33,018 nucleotides of DNA from Patescibacteria group bacterium (GTDB taxonomy: Bacteria > Patescibacteriota > Patescibacteriia > XYB2-FULL-38-15): NCBI GenBank assembly GCA_049322595.1, contig JBMORR010000003.1, positions 1 to 33,018 on the forward strand, given 5' to 3'. The notes beneath the pieces were generated by a model. The model was not told the DNA's origin. It did not search any database and saw only the letters and a list, made by a program, of their open reading frames with translations. How positions within the stretch are numbered: the first letter of the stretch is position 1; each line of letters begins with the position of its first letter. Shown piece by piece: positions 19,393 through 28,099 of this stretch. The position numbers were made by a program, and so were the translations under genes.

Positions 19393-21225
19393 TTAATAAA
19401 TTTTCTTTACTTCCACGCCGGTATAATAATGTTTTAAAATCTGTTCAAACGTACTGCCGGCCAAAGCCATGCCTCGCGCTCCGCGGGCCGAGAGTCCAAC
19501 GCCATGCCCGAAGAGATTCATACCCGCGCAATTTGGATCTGGGCGAGAAACAAGCCATGCCTTACCTGAACCCCACCAAACCTCCTCCCAGGCTCTTGTC
19601 CGCCCGTCACTTTGAGAAAAATAAGGCGTAACTACAATTTCTCCGTTATAAGTCACCATCGTCCCGCGCGTATCCTCCACGGCCTTAACAAAATTTGGTA
19701 AACGAATTTCCGAATTATATCCGCGATAAACCTGATCATAAGAGCTGGCGTTCAGATGAAAATTTCCAGCCGGATGTTTCCCCCCGACGTTAATATTATG
19801 TTGAGCGTAAGTCCTTGCGGCAATGGCGAGCGCCCGATGATACTCTGCCGGGTTATTATTTGATGATTCTGCCAACCCTTTTAAATATGTTTCAAGGGGC
19901 AACTCGTTTATCATGTAAAGCTTTTCTCTGTCTTCGCTCCAACGCAATTCAAGGTTGCCACGAAACTTATTATCATTTAGCGAGGTGTTCCAGGCGGGTC
20001 GACTTTCAAAGCTTGTGATTTCAAAAATCGTATTTAAATCCGGAGCAATAAACTTGAGATAAGAAAGATTGTCCCTGATTTCTCCGCTCAAGGAAACCGA
20101 ATAGGTTTTTGCCGTAAAATTAAAAGCGGCAGTAATCGTGGCTCCCGGGGATACGGAAAAAATTAAACTACCTTCAGCATCACGAATCTCAAAGGAAGTA
20201 TTGGCACGGATTGTTTCCGCTGTTGTTGTATTGTAAAGTCCTACCCTGATTATTGTTTCGGGAGTTACGGCAGGTGTTGGCGTTGTCATAATTGGCGCCT
20301 CAACCGTTCCGGATATTTTTATGGGTAAAGAAACTTCTCCTCCAGTAATTATTTTATCATTATTCATTAAAACAAAACTGGGGCTATAATCTCCGCCCAA
20401 ATTTCCAATAAGTGAAAAATTAAAATATCCAATTTGGCCGGCAAGTGTTGTTCCGGAAACTGCCGCCGGGCAAATTATTGAAAACCAACTTGCGTCACGA
20501 AACGGCTCTGTCGCGGTTGTCCCGGATATACAGATTTTTACCAAATTATTGCCGCTTGTTTCCCAAGGATTTTGCCCAATATTTTTAAAGCCAACCGTAA
20601 AATTCTTTTTTTCTCCTCCGGCCAGGGCAACTGCTTGGCTGCTCTGGATTAATTTTGTGGCGGCAAAATTTTCTGCCGTGGCTACCGTTGCGCTTGTTGG
20701 ACTATTCGCGGCCGGGAGTTGTACGGAGGTTGTTCCGTTTGCCACATTAACCGGCAAATCAATCACGCCACCTGGAATCCAAGTTAAATTTTCCGCCGCT
20801 AATTTTAATTTAATAGTATAAAAACCTAAAAGCTCCGGCGCCTCAAGCGCAAAACGGAAATGCGCCGTCTCTCCTGGCGACACTTTCATCTCGAGCATTT
20901 TTGCCGGCTGCTCAATCGTATGCCAATAACGGTGATACATTTGTCGGCCAACGCTATCGACATAAAGCGAGATATAGCTGCCGCCAGAATTCGACCAAGT
21001 TGCTGTTCCCGTGTTTTTAAAAGCTGCTTCAAAAGTTATTGCCTTGCCAGGGGATAAATTTAATGAACCGTAGCTTTGAGAAATTTTTTGCGCAGTATAT
21101 CCCGCCACCGCTGCTTCTGCCGCGCCGGGCATTAAATTAAAAACAAAAGCCAGGATCGCGAATATCGCAAACCCTGACAAAATTTTTTTTCCTTTATTTT
21201 TTAGTTTATTTTTTTCTTTTTTCAT
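19393..21225 (-). CDS. SpoIID/LytB-domain cell-wall protein with N-terminal Ig-like repeats
   Basis: 610 aa with a signal/anchor sequence. Two similar beta-rich N-terminal modules (FKNTGTATWSN / FKNIGQNPWET) precede the C-terminal SpoIID motifs ETYLKGLAE...ALAIAARTYA, YDQVYRGY and VTPYFSQSDGRT. Confidence 0.85.
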   Translation of the reverse strand: MKKEKNKLKNKGKKILSGFAIFAILAFVFNLMPGAAEAAVAGYTAQKISQSYGSLNLSPGKAITFEAAFKNTGTATWSNSGGSYISLYVDSVGRQMYHRYWHTIEQPAKMLEMKVSPGETAHFRFALEAPELLGFYTIKLKLAAENLTWIPGGVIDLPVNVANGTTSVQLPAANSPTSATVATAENFAATKLIQSSQAVALAGGEKKNFTVGFKNIGQNPWETSGNNLVKICISGTTATEPFRDASWFSIICPAAVSGTTLAGQIGYFNFSLIGNLGGDYSPSFVLMNNDKIITGGEVSLPIKISGTVEAPIMTTPTPAVTPETIIRVGLYNTTTAETIRANTSFEIRDAEGSLIFSVSPGATITAAFNFTAKTYSVSLSGEIRDNLSYLKFIAPDLNTIFEITSFESRPAWNTSLNDNKFRGNLELRWSEDREKLYMINELPLETYLKGLAESSNNNPAEYHRALAIAARTYAQHNINVGGKHPAGNFHLNASSYDQVYRGYNSEIRLPNFVKAVEDTRGTMVTYNGEIVVTPYFSQSDGRTRAWEEVWWGSGKAWLVSRPDPNCAGMNLFGHGVGLSARGARGMALAGSTFEQILKHYYTGVEVKKIY

Positions 21226-21477
21226 CTTGGGCTTTTAAAAATTATTATCAAGTGAGGATGTGATAAATAAAATTTATTTCATTTCTCGGCGAACGCAGAT
21301 AACACAAAATTCAAAAATCTTTTTATATATAATATTATACCAAAAAAATTACTACTGGGTCAATTTATGACCTTCCATTATTTAAGACGAATCATAGGGG
21401 AGAAAATTACAACAATGTCGCCCCAAGGGGCTGGAAATGATATAATAAAATAACTTAATAATTACGGTTTTTATAAT

Positions 21478-22896
21478 ATGTCTCTTACCCGCCAAGTCGC
21501 GCACAACATGATTTATCAAGTCGGTGGAAAAATTCTTTCTACTATTTTGGGCTTGGGCGCGCTCGCCATGATGACGCGTTATCTCGGCCAGGACGGCTAC
21601 GGCGGATACACAACCATTGTTTCTTTTTTACAATTTTTCGGAATCCTTGTCGATTTTGGCTTAACCCTAACAACAGTACAAATGATTTCCGAACCCAAGG
21701 CAGATATAAATAAGATTACAAGCAATATTTTTACTCTAAGATTTTTTTCGGCCGTGATCTTTCTGGGCCTGGCTCCGCTCGTTGTTCTCTTTTTTCCATA
21801 TAGCGCAACTTTAAAACTCGGAGTAGCCCTAACCACTTTTTCATTTTTATTCATTGCTTTAAATCAAGTTTTGATTGGCCTCTTTCAAAAAAACTTACGC
21901 ATGGAAAAAGTCGCCATCGCGGAAAATCTCGGCCGAGTTGTTCTTGTCGCCGGAATTGCCGCGGTAATTTATTTTAAAGCCGGGCTCTTAGCTGTTATGT
22001 TCGCGGTGATTCTGGGAAGTTTTGCTAATTTTTTAATCAATTTTCTTTTTTCCTTAAAGTACGTCCGCATCCGATTTGTTTTCGATTGGCCAATTTGGAA
22101 AGAAATTTATCGTCGCTCTTGGCCAATCGGTCTTTCTATAGTCTTTAACCTTATATATTTGAAAGCTGATGTAATTGTTCTTTCTATTTTTCAAAGTCAG
22201 GCTACAGTTGGTCTTTACGGAGCCTCATACAGAGTTTTGGATGTCCTTACTACCCTGCCAATGATGTTTGCCGGATTAGTATTGCCGATTTTGACCGCCT
22301 CCTGGGCAGAAAAAAATCTGGAAAGATTTGAACGCTTGATTAAAAAATCTTTTGATTTTTTAATGATAATTATTGTGCCAATAATTTTTGGGGCAATGCT
22401 TCTTGGCGAACGGCTTATGGGCGCCGTTGCCGGTGAAGACTTCAGCGGCTCCGGAATAATTTTAAAAATTTTAATTTTAGCGGCCGGAGCAATTTTTGTT
22501 GGCACGCTTTTCGGTCACGTCATTGTTGCTATCAGAAAACAGAAACAGATGATCTGGGGTTATGCTTTAGTTGCCCTTCTTTCCCTCGCTGGATATATTA
22601 TTTTTATCCCACTCTATACCTATTGGGCTGCGGCCTGGATTACATTTTTTTCCGAAGGAGTAATTGCCCTTCTTACTTTTTATGTTGTCTGGAAAAATAC
22701 CCGTCTCGTCCCCTCGGGAAAAGTTCTTGGAAAATCAATTCTTGCGAGCCTTTTTATGTGCGCCACGATTTATTTTTTGATTAACATGAATTTGCTGTTT
22801 TTAATCGTCTTTGGCGCAATTGTTTATTTTGTGGTATTATATCTACTCCGCGGATATAGTAAGGAAACTATCACTGAAATCGTTAGGTTAAAATAA
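21478..22896 (+). CDS. Polysaccharide/oligosaccharide flippase (Wzx/MOP superfamily)
   Basis: 472 aa with about 12-14 TM helices. The N-terminus is typical of polysaccharide biosynthesis proteins (GGKILSTILGLGALAMMTRYLGQDGYG). Confidence 0.8.
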   Translation: MSLTRQVAHNMIYQVGGKILSTILGLGALAMMTRYLGQDGYGGYTTIVSFLQFFGILVDFGLTLTTVQMISEPKADINKITSNIFTLRFFSAVIFLGLAPLVVLFFPYSATLKLGVALTTFSFLFIALNQVLIGLFQKNLRMEKVAIAENLGRVVLVAGIAAVIYFKAGLLAVMFAVILGSFANFLINFLFSLKYVRIRFVFDWPIWKEIYRRSWPIGLSIVFNLIYLKADVIVLSIFQSQATVGLYGASYRVLDVLTTLPMMFAGLVLPILTASWAEKNLERFERLIKKSFDFLMIIIVPIIFGAMLLGERLMGAVAGEDFSGSGIILKILILAAGAIFVGTLFGHVIVAIRKQKQMIWGYALVALLSLAGYIIFIPLYTYWAAAWITFFSEGVIALLTFYVVWKNTRLVPSGKVLGKSILASLFMCATIYFLINMNLLFLIVFGAIVYFVVLYLLRGYSKETITEIVRLK

Positions 22897-22898
22897 TT

Positions 22899-24206
22899 AT
22901 GATTTGGACAATTTTATTAATTTTATTTTTTTTCGCCTACGCCTATCTTGCCTGGCGAAATTTGTTTTGGGCGGTCGCCGCGATACTTACCCTCCTGCCA
23001 ACATATTTAATAAGATTTTCTCTCGGACCAATGCCCATGACCATCCTCGAGGGAATGGTTTTAATTCTTTTCGCGGTTTGGGTAATAAAATCAAAAATAA
23101 AAAAAGAAAAAATCAGTCTGCCTGTCAAAATTTTAGAAAAGAAAAAGTGGGCTTGGTTGGTTTTGGCCTGGCTCGTTTTCGCCACTATTTCTCTTCTTAT
23201 CTCCCCTGATTTGCGCGCCGCCGCGGGAATTTTTAAAGCTTACTTTTTTGAGCCAATACTCTTTTTATTTGTGTTTCTAAGCGTTGTCCGGACAAAAAAA
23301 GATTTGGAAATAATTTTTTATGCTCTGGGAATTTCCGCTCTTTATGTTTCCGCTTTTGCTATCTACCAAAAATTTACCGGCTTTGCCATTCCCAATCCGA
23401 TCTGGCAGGCGGCCGAAACCCGCCGCGTCACAAGTTTTTATGGCTTTCCTAACGCCATCGGCCTTTATCTCGCGCCGATTATTGTGCTTTACGTCGGATG
23501 GATAATATCAAAATTCCAAATTTTAAATTTCAAAATTAAAAAAGCCCTAGTCGCAAATTTTAAGCTTTTAATTTTTCAAATCATTGTTATTTTTCTTTCT
23601 CTCGCGGCCGTTATTTTTGCTCGCTCCGAAGGCGCTTATGTCGGCATTTTGGCTGGGCTTTTTTTCCTGGGAATTTTGATTAAAAAATTACGCTGGCCAA
23701 CTATTATTGCTGCGACTATTTTTATTTTGGTCATTGTTGCTTTTCCACAATTTAGAAATTACGCCGTAGAACAATTAACGTTTAAAAATGATTCCGGAAA
23801 AGTCCGCCTGATTATGTGGCGCGAATCTTGGCAGATGCTCCGCGACCGACTTTTTTCCGGAGCCGGCCTGGCGGGCTATCAAGAAACATTTGCTCCGTAC
23901 CACAAAGCAAAATATATTGAAATTTATCTTTATCCGCATAATTTATTTTTCAATTTTTGGAGCGAACTCGGCCTTGGCGGTTTAATTGTTTTTCTGTTAT
24001 TAATGATAAAATTTTTCAAAGATAATATTAAAAAATTTTTCACACCGAACTCCACGCTTTTAATCACTTTATCGGCGGCCATGATAGCAATTCTTGTCCA
24101 TGGTTTAGTGGATGTACCTTATTTTAAAAATGATTTAGCAATTTTCTTTTGGCTTTTAATCGGATTATCTATTCTGGAGCTAAAAAGGGTTCCAAAAAAT
24201 ATTTAA
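22899..24206 (+). CDS. O-antigen ligase/polymerase-like (Wzy_C) membrane protein
   Basis: 435 aa and polytopic. Wzy_C-like motifs are RSEGAYVGILAG and PHNLFFNFWSELGLGG. It starts 3 nt after the flippase stop. Confidence 0.75.
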   Translation: MIWTILLILFFFAYAYLAWRNLFWAVAAILTLLPTYLIRFSLGPMPMTILEGMVLILFAVWVIKSKIKKEKISLPVKILEKKKWAWLVLAWLVFATISLLISPDLRAAAGIFKAYFFEPILFLFVFLSVVRTKKDLEIIFYALGISALYVSAFAIYQKFTGFAIPNPIWQAAETRRVTSFYGFPNAIGLYLAPIIVLYVGWIISKFQILNFKIKKALVANFKLLIFQIIVIFLSLAAVIFARSEGAYVGILAGLFFLGILIKKLRWPTIIAATIFILVIVAFPQFRNYAVEQLTFKNDSGKVRLIMWRESWQMLRDRLFSGAGLAGYQETFAPYHKAKYIEIYLYPHNLFFNFWSELGLGGLIVFLLLMIKFFKDNIKKFFTPNSTLLITLSAAMIAILVHGLVDVPYFKNDLAIFFWLLIGLSILELKRVPKNI

Positions 24207-24256
24207 AATAAACAAAAAAATGCCTCGGCTTGACAGGGGCGTTTTTATTATAAAGG

Positions 24257-24285
24257 TTGACATTTTCCTTATTTTATGTAAGAAT
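24257..24285 (+). promoter_or_regulatory. Possible promoter of the GC-rich lipoprotein gene
   Basis: TTGACA (24257-24262), a 17-nt spacer, then TG-T-AAGAAT. The -10 is imperfect. Confidence 0.35.
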
Positions 24286-24324
24286 ATAATGTTTGGAGCG
24301 TTCCATACAAAGAAGGAGGGATAG

Positions 24325-25050
24325 ATGGGAACTAACAAACTGGCCCTGGCGCTTGCTTTCTTGTTCGTGGGCTTCTTCGGCTGCGGTCTGGATACGGCCG
24401 GCACTGGCGAATTCACCGACGAAAGCCAGATGGACGCCGATACCGTTGAGCCGGAAGATGCCCCCGATGCCGACACGGCCGAGGATGCCGAGCCGGACGA
24501 TGCCGGCGAGGATGAGGCGGCGGAAGATGTCGTCGACGGCGAAATCGATGTCCCGGAAGATGTCCCTGATGCCGAGGATACCGAGCCCGAGGACTTCGTC
24601 GAAGACGAGGCGGGAGACGAGACAGATGCAGATGGCGAGGAAACCGATGACGGCGGAATCGTCGATCCCTGCGAGCGTCCCGACATTCCCGCGACCGGCA
24701 TCCAGATGTTCTTCTGCTTCGCGGACGACATCACTTCCGACATGACCCTCTACCTGCAGGTCGAAAGTCGGGGAACGCCTGTCTTCCCGTGGGCTCCAAT
24801 CCCGGGCTGTATGGCGACCGACGCTCGCTCGGTATTCTGCGAGTTGCCACTCTTCTACAACGCCGTATACATCTTCAACATCGAAATTTTCGGCATCGGC
24901 ATTGGCTGGTCCTGCGGACCGGCAACCGATGTCCTCTGGGGCACCCCCCGCGTCTGGGTGAACCATGCCGAGCAGACAGTCTCGGCACAACCAAACGTGG
25001 AAGGCGGTTGCAACCACCTGTTTACCACCCCGCCCAGCGGGCCACTGTAG
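24325..25050 (+). CDS. Putative lipoprotein with D/E-rich linker and Cys-containing C-terminal domain (GC-rich islet)
   Basis: 241 aa with AGGAGG 7 nt upstream. The signal peptide ends FVGFFGC, which is lipobox-like. About 95 residues are an acidic repeat-like linker, followed by a roughly 120-aa domain with 7 Cys. A strong terminator follows. Other long ORFs on both strands here are artefacts of the high GC. Confidence 0.55.
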   Translation: MGTNKLALALAFLFVGFFGCGLDTAGTGEFTDESQMDADTVEPEDAPDADTAEDAEPDDAGEDEAAEDVVDGEIDVPEDVPDAEDTEPEDFVEDEAGDETDADGEETDDGGIVDPCERPDIPATGIQMFFCFADDITSDMTLYLQVESRGTPVFPWAPIPGCMATDARSVFCELPLFYNAVYIFNIEIFGIGIGWSCGPATDVLWGTPRVWVNHAEQTVSAQPNVEGGCNHLFTTPPSGPL

Positions 25051-25059
25051 GAGGCTCTT

Positions 25060-25097
25060 CCCCGGCGAGAAAACGCTTCTCGTCGGGGATTTTTTTA
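25060..25097 (+). terminator. Strong Rho-independent terminator
   Basis: CCCCGGCGAGAA-AACGC-TTCTCGTCGGGG forms a 12-bp stem (one G-U pair), followed by A plus TTTTTTT. Confidence 0.75.
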
Positions 25098-25106
25098 TTT
25101 TAAACC

Positions 25107-25135
25107 TTTACAAAATCACTCAAACGTGTTATAAT
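25107..25135 (+). promoter_or_regulatory. Strong extended -10 promoter (TTTACA-17-TGT-TATAAT)
   Basis: TTTACA at 25107-25112, a 17-nt spacer ending in TGT, then TATAAT at 25130-25135. It points toward tRNA-Ser and the MFS-like gene. Confidence 0.5.
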
Positions 25136-25356
25136 ATAATAATGTAAAAGAAAAATCGGCTTTTTATTTTTGTTAACTGAAATTATAAAGTAAACAAAAT
25201 AAAAAGAAGGGGGAACCTTTTATTTAATCGCTCTTTTTTCAAAACTACCCGCCGTCCAGGCGGGGTAAAACAAAAACACAAACAAAAATAAGGAGCCGTT
25301 GAGCTCTTTATTTTGTTTTTAGAAAATGCTAAATTTAAAAATATCCTGCCTAAAGC

Positions 25357-25443
25357 GGAGGCGTGCCAGAGTGGTCGAATGGGGCGGTCTCGAAAACCGC
25401 TATACCAGAAATGGTATCGGAGGTTCGAATCCTCCCGCCTCCG
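25357..25443 (+). tRNA. tRNA-Ser (anticodon CGA)
   Basis: The acceptor is GGAGGCG/CGCCTCC, the anticodon stem is GCGGT/ACCGC with loop CTCGAAA, and there is a long variable arm (ATACCAGAAATGGTAT) plus T-arm GGAGG-TTCGAAT-CCTCC. Confidence 0.9.
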
Positions 25444-25511
25444 TTTTGAGCAGGAACCGAGTTTTATGCTGAAGCAAATGATTTCCTCATAAATTTTAAA
25501 CATAATATTAT

Positions 25512-26144
25512 ATGAAACTTCGCAGTACAAAACTCAAGTACTATTTTCTCCAAGACATCAACCCCGTTATCCGTTTTTTAATTATTTCAGACACGGTAGT
25601 GATGGGGGCTGCTGGACTACTCGGTCCGATTTTTGCCCTTTTTATTACTGATTTTATCAAGGGTGGGAATGAGGCAGTCGCCGGTCTTGCTGCCGGAATC
25701 TATCTTTTGACAAAAAGTATTTTTCAAATTCCCATTGCCCACTTAATAGACAGAATCCGCGGAGAAAAAGACGACTTTTGGCTAATGTTTATTTTTTCAA
25801 TTTTAATTGCCATCATTCCCCTTTTATATCTTGTAATCAACACTCCCTGGGAGCTTTATGTCGTACAATTTATTTTGGGCTTATTTACTGCTTTTACCTT
25901 TCCAACTTACATGGCAATTTTTACTCGACACATTGACCGCGAAAAGGAAGGAACCGAGTGGGGCGTTTATTTTACGTTGACTGACTTAACCGGCGCGGCC
26001 CTTGCTGCTCTTGGCGGATACATTGCCACAATTAGCGGTTTTCCAATTCTTATTTGTACGGTCGTAGTTGTCTCTTTTGTTGGAGCGCTTTTACTTTTAC
26101 CAATAAAATCTTACATTAAACTCCTACCTAAAACCGATAAATGA
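25512..26144 (+). CDS. Half-size (6-TM) MFS-like membrane protein
   Basis: 210 aa with six hydrophobic helices. An MFS motif-A-like loop (HLIDRIRGEKDDF) sits between TM2 and TM3. Confidence 0.55.
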   Translation: MKLRSTKLKYYFLQDINPVIRFLIISDTVVMGAAGLLGPIFALFITDFIKGGNEAVAGLAAGIYLLTKSIFQIPIAHLIDRIRGEKDDFWLMFIFSILIAIIPLLYLVINTPWELYVVQFILGLFTAFTFPTYMAIFTRHIDREKEGTEWGVYFTLTDLTGAALAALGGYIATISGFPILICTVVVVSFVGALLLLPIKSYIKLLPKTDK

Positions 26145-26146
26145 AG

Positions 26147-26175
26147 TTGACAAAATCTCCTTTTCACATTATAAT
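26147..26175 (+). promoter_or_regulatory. Consensus sigma70 promoter for typA
   Basis: TTGACA (26147-26152), a 17-nt spacer, then TATAAT (26170-26175). Confidence 0.6.
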
Positions 26176-26231
26176 CTAAGATTGAAGAAATTAATTTTCT
26201 GCTTTCCGGCGGATTTTTTGTTTAAAGAATT

Positions 26232-28046
26232 ATGAATAACATAAGAAACATTGCCATTATTGCCCACGTTGACCACGGAAAAACAACTTTGGTCGACGCG
26301 CTGCTCCATCAATCAGCCACCAATGTCGGTAAAGATAATATCGGCAAAGTTTGTATTATGGATTCAAATGAACTGGAGCGCGAACGCGGCATTACTATTT
26401 TTTCCAAAAATGCTTCGGTGCAATGGGGCGAGACAAAAATAAATATTATTGATACTCCCGGCCATGCTGATTTCGGCGGCGAAGTGGAACGGGTTTTGAA
26501 TATGGCTGATGGCTGTCTTTTGCTCGTTGATGCCAAAGAAGGACCAATGCCGCAAACCAGATTTGTTTTAAAAAAAGCTCTGGAACTTGGTCATAAAATT
26601 ATTGTGGTCATCAATAAAATTGACAAACCAAATGCTCGTCCTGATTTTGCCCTTGATAAAACTTTTGATTTGTTTGTTGAACTCGGCGCCTCGGACGACG
26701 CTTTAGACTTTCCCGTAATTTATGCTTCGGCAAAACAGGGGCTTGCTGGGATTGAACCGGATATTTCTAAAATGAAAGATATCTCGCCGATTTTTGAAAC
26801 AATTTTAAAATTTATTCCAGCTCCACAGGGCGACGCGAACACATCCTTACAAATGTTAGTAGCAAATATCTCCGGCGATACTTTTAAAGGAAGGATCGGC
26901 ATCGGCCGCGTTTATAATGGAACATTAAAAGTCGGCCAAGAAATTGCACATATCAATCGCCAAGGACAAATAGCAAAATATCGCCTGGTATCTTTAATGA
27001 CTTTTTGCGGACTGCAAAGAGTTGACACAAAAGAAGTTGTCGCCGGCGACATTGCCGCAATTTCCGGCGTGCCTAATTTAACAATTGGAGAAACGATCGC
27101 TGACGCGACAAACCCCAAAGCTCTGCCAGTTTTGAGTATTGAAGAACCGACCGTTAAAATGACCTTTACTATTAATGATTCTCCCTTTGCCGGACAAGAA
27201 GGCCAATTTACTACTTCACGCCAAATTAAAGAACGATTGGAAAAAGAGTTGGAAAATGATATGGCGCTCAAAGTTATAGATGCGCCAGACGGTGGATGGA
27301 TTGTTTCTGGACGCGGTGAATTACATCTGTCAATTTTAATCGAGAGAATGCGGCGCGAAGGTTTTGAGCTTCAGGTTTCGCGGCCGAAAGTTATTGAAAA
27401 AGAAATTGACGGTAAAAAAATGACGCCATATGAACGCGTCTTCATTGAAGTGCCAGAAACTCATTCCGGGATTGTCATCCAAAAATTGGGCGGCCGTAAA
27501 GGCGAATTAAAAGACATGAAAACAGTTGATGGCATTACTTATTTAGAATTTTTAATTCCAACCCGCGGCCTCTTTGGCTACCGCAGCGAATTTTTAACCG
27601 ATACTCGCGGTTTAGGAATTATGAACACTAGTTTTTTTCAATATCTTCCTGACCCGGGAAACTGGCGTGAGCGCGATCAGGGGTCTCTTGTAGCTCATGA
27701 AACTGGTACAACCAACCTTTACGGTATGATAAATATTCAAGACCGCGGCGTACTTTTTTTGGGCCCTGGCATCAAAGTTTACGAAGGGCAGGTTGTCGGG
27801 CAGAACGCCCGAAGCGGCGATATTCGCGTCAACGTTTGCAAAACGAAAGAGCTTTCTAATATGCGTTCAAAAGGCGAGGGGTCAGACGAACATTTTAATG
27901 CGCCAAAAACTATGGATCTTGAAGACGCACTAGAATATATCGGCGATGACGAATTGGTTGAGGTTACTCCGGAAAATGTCCGCATCAGAAAAATTTATCT
28001 AGATGAAATTACGGCAAAGAGAATGGCCAGAGCAAGCAGAGAATAA
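26232..28046 (+). CDS. typA: Translational GTPase TypA/BipA
   Basis: 604 aa. It has IRNIAIIAHVDHGKTTLVDALL, DTPGHADFGGEVER and NKIDK, plus BipA-type domain order and length. Confidence 0.95.
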   Translation: MNNIRNIAIIAHVDHGKTTLVDALLHQSATNVGKDNIGKVCIMDSNELERERGITIFSKNASVQWGETKINIIDTPGHADFGGEVERVLNMADGCLLLVDAKEGPMPQTRFVLKKALELGHKIIVVINKIDKPNARPDFALDKTFDLFVELGASDDALDFPVIYASAKQGLAGIEPDISKMKDISPIFETILKFIPAPQGDANTSLQMLVANISGDTFKGRIGIGRVYNGTLKVGQEIAHINRQGQIAKYRLVSLMTFCGLQRVDTKEVVAGDIAAISGVPNLTIGETIADATNPKALPVLSIEEPTVKMTFTINDSPFAGQEGQFTTSRQIKERLEKELENDMALKVIDAPDGGWIVSGRGELHLSILIERMRREGFELQVSRPKVIEKEIDGKKMTPYERVFIEVPETHSGIVIQKLGGRKGELKDMKTVDGITYLEFLIPTRGLFGYRSEFLTDTRGLGIMNTSFFQYLPDPGNWRERDQGSLVAHETGTTNLYGMINIQDRGVLFLGPGIKVYEGQVVGQNARSGDIRVNVCKTKELSNMRSKGEGSDEHFNAPKTMDLEDALEYIGDDELVEVTPENVRIRKIYLDEITAKRMARASRE

Positions 28047-28057
28047 AAAGTTAATAT

Positions 28058-28090
28058 AAAAACTCCGAGGTTTTGCCTCGGAGTTTTTTG
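28058..28090. terminator. Bidirectional terminator between typA and the convergent membrane-protein gene
   Basis: ACTCCGAGG-TTTTG-CCTCGGAGT forms a 9-bp stem flanked by an A-run and a T-run. Confidence 0.65.
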
Positions 28091-28099
28091 ATTTTCAAT

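Noticed and set aside
24180-25147. Long ORFs 24180-24743 (-), 24274-25017 (-), 24293-24745 (+), 24789-25103 (+) and 24965-25147 (+).
   Set aside because: They are antisense or off-frame products of the GC-rich, GAx-repeat-rich lipoprotein gene; for example, the poly-Ser ORF is the antisense of the Asp/Glu linker. Only the 24325-25050 frame has an SD, a signal peptide and a terminator.
25183-25530. 115-aa minus-strand ORF.
   Set aside because: It runs antisense straight through tRNA-Ser(CGA) and the AT-rich leader, so it is spurious.
5611-26212. Shared 11-mer CTTTCCGGCGG at about 5612-5622 and about 26199-26209, considered as a possible REP-like element.
   Set aside because: Exact 11-mer repeats are expected many times by chance in a 33-kb window, and the flanks do not match.
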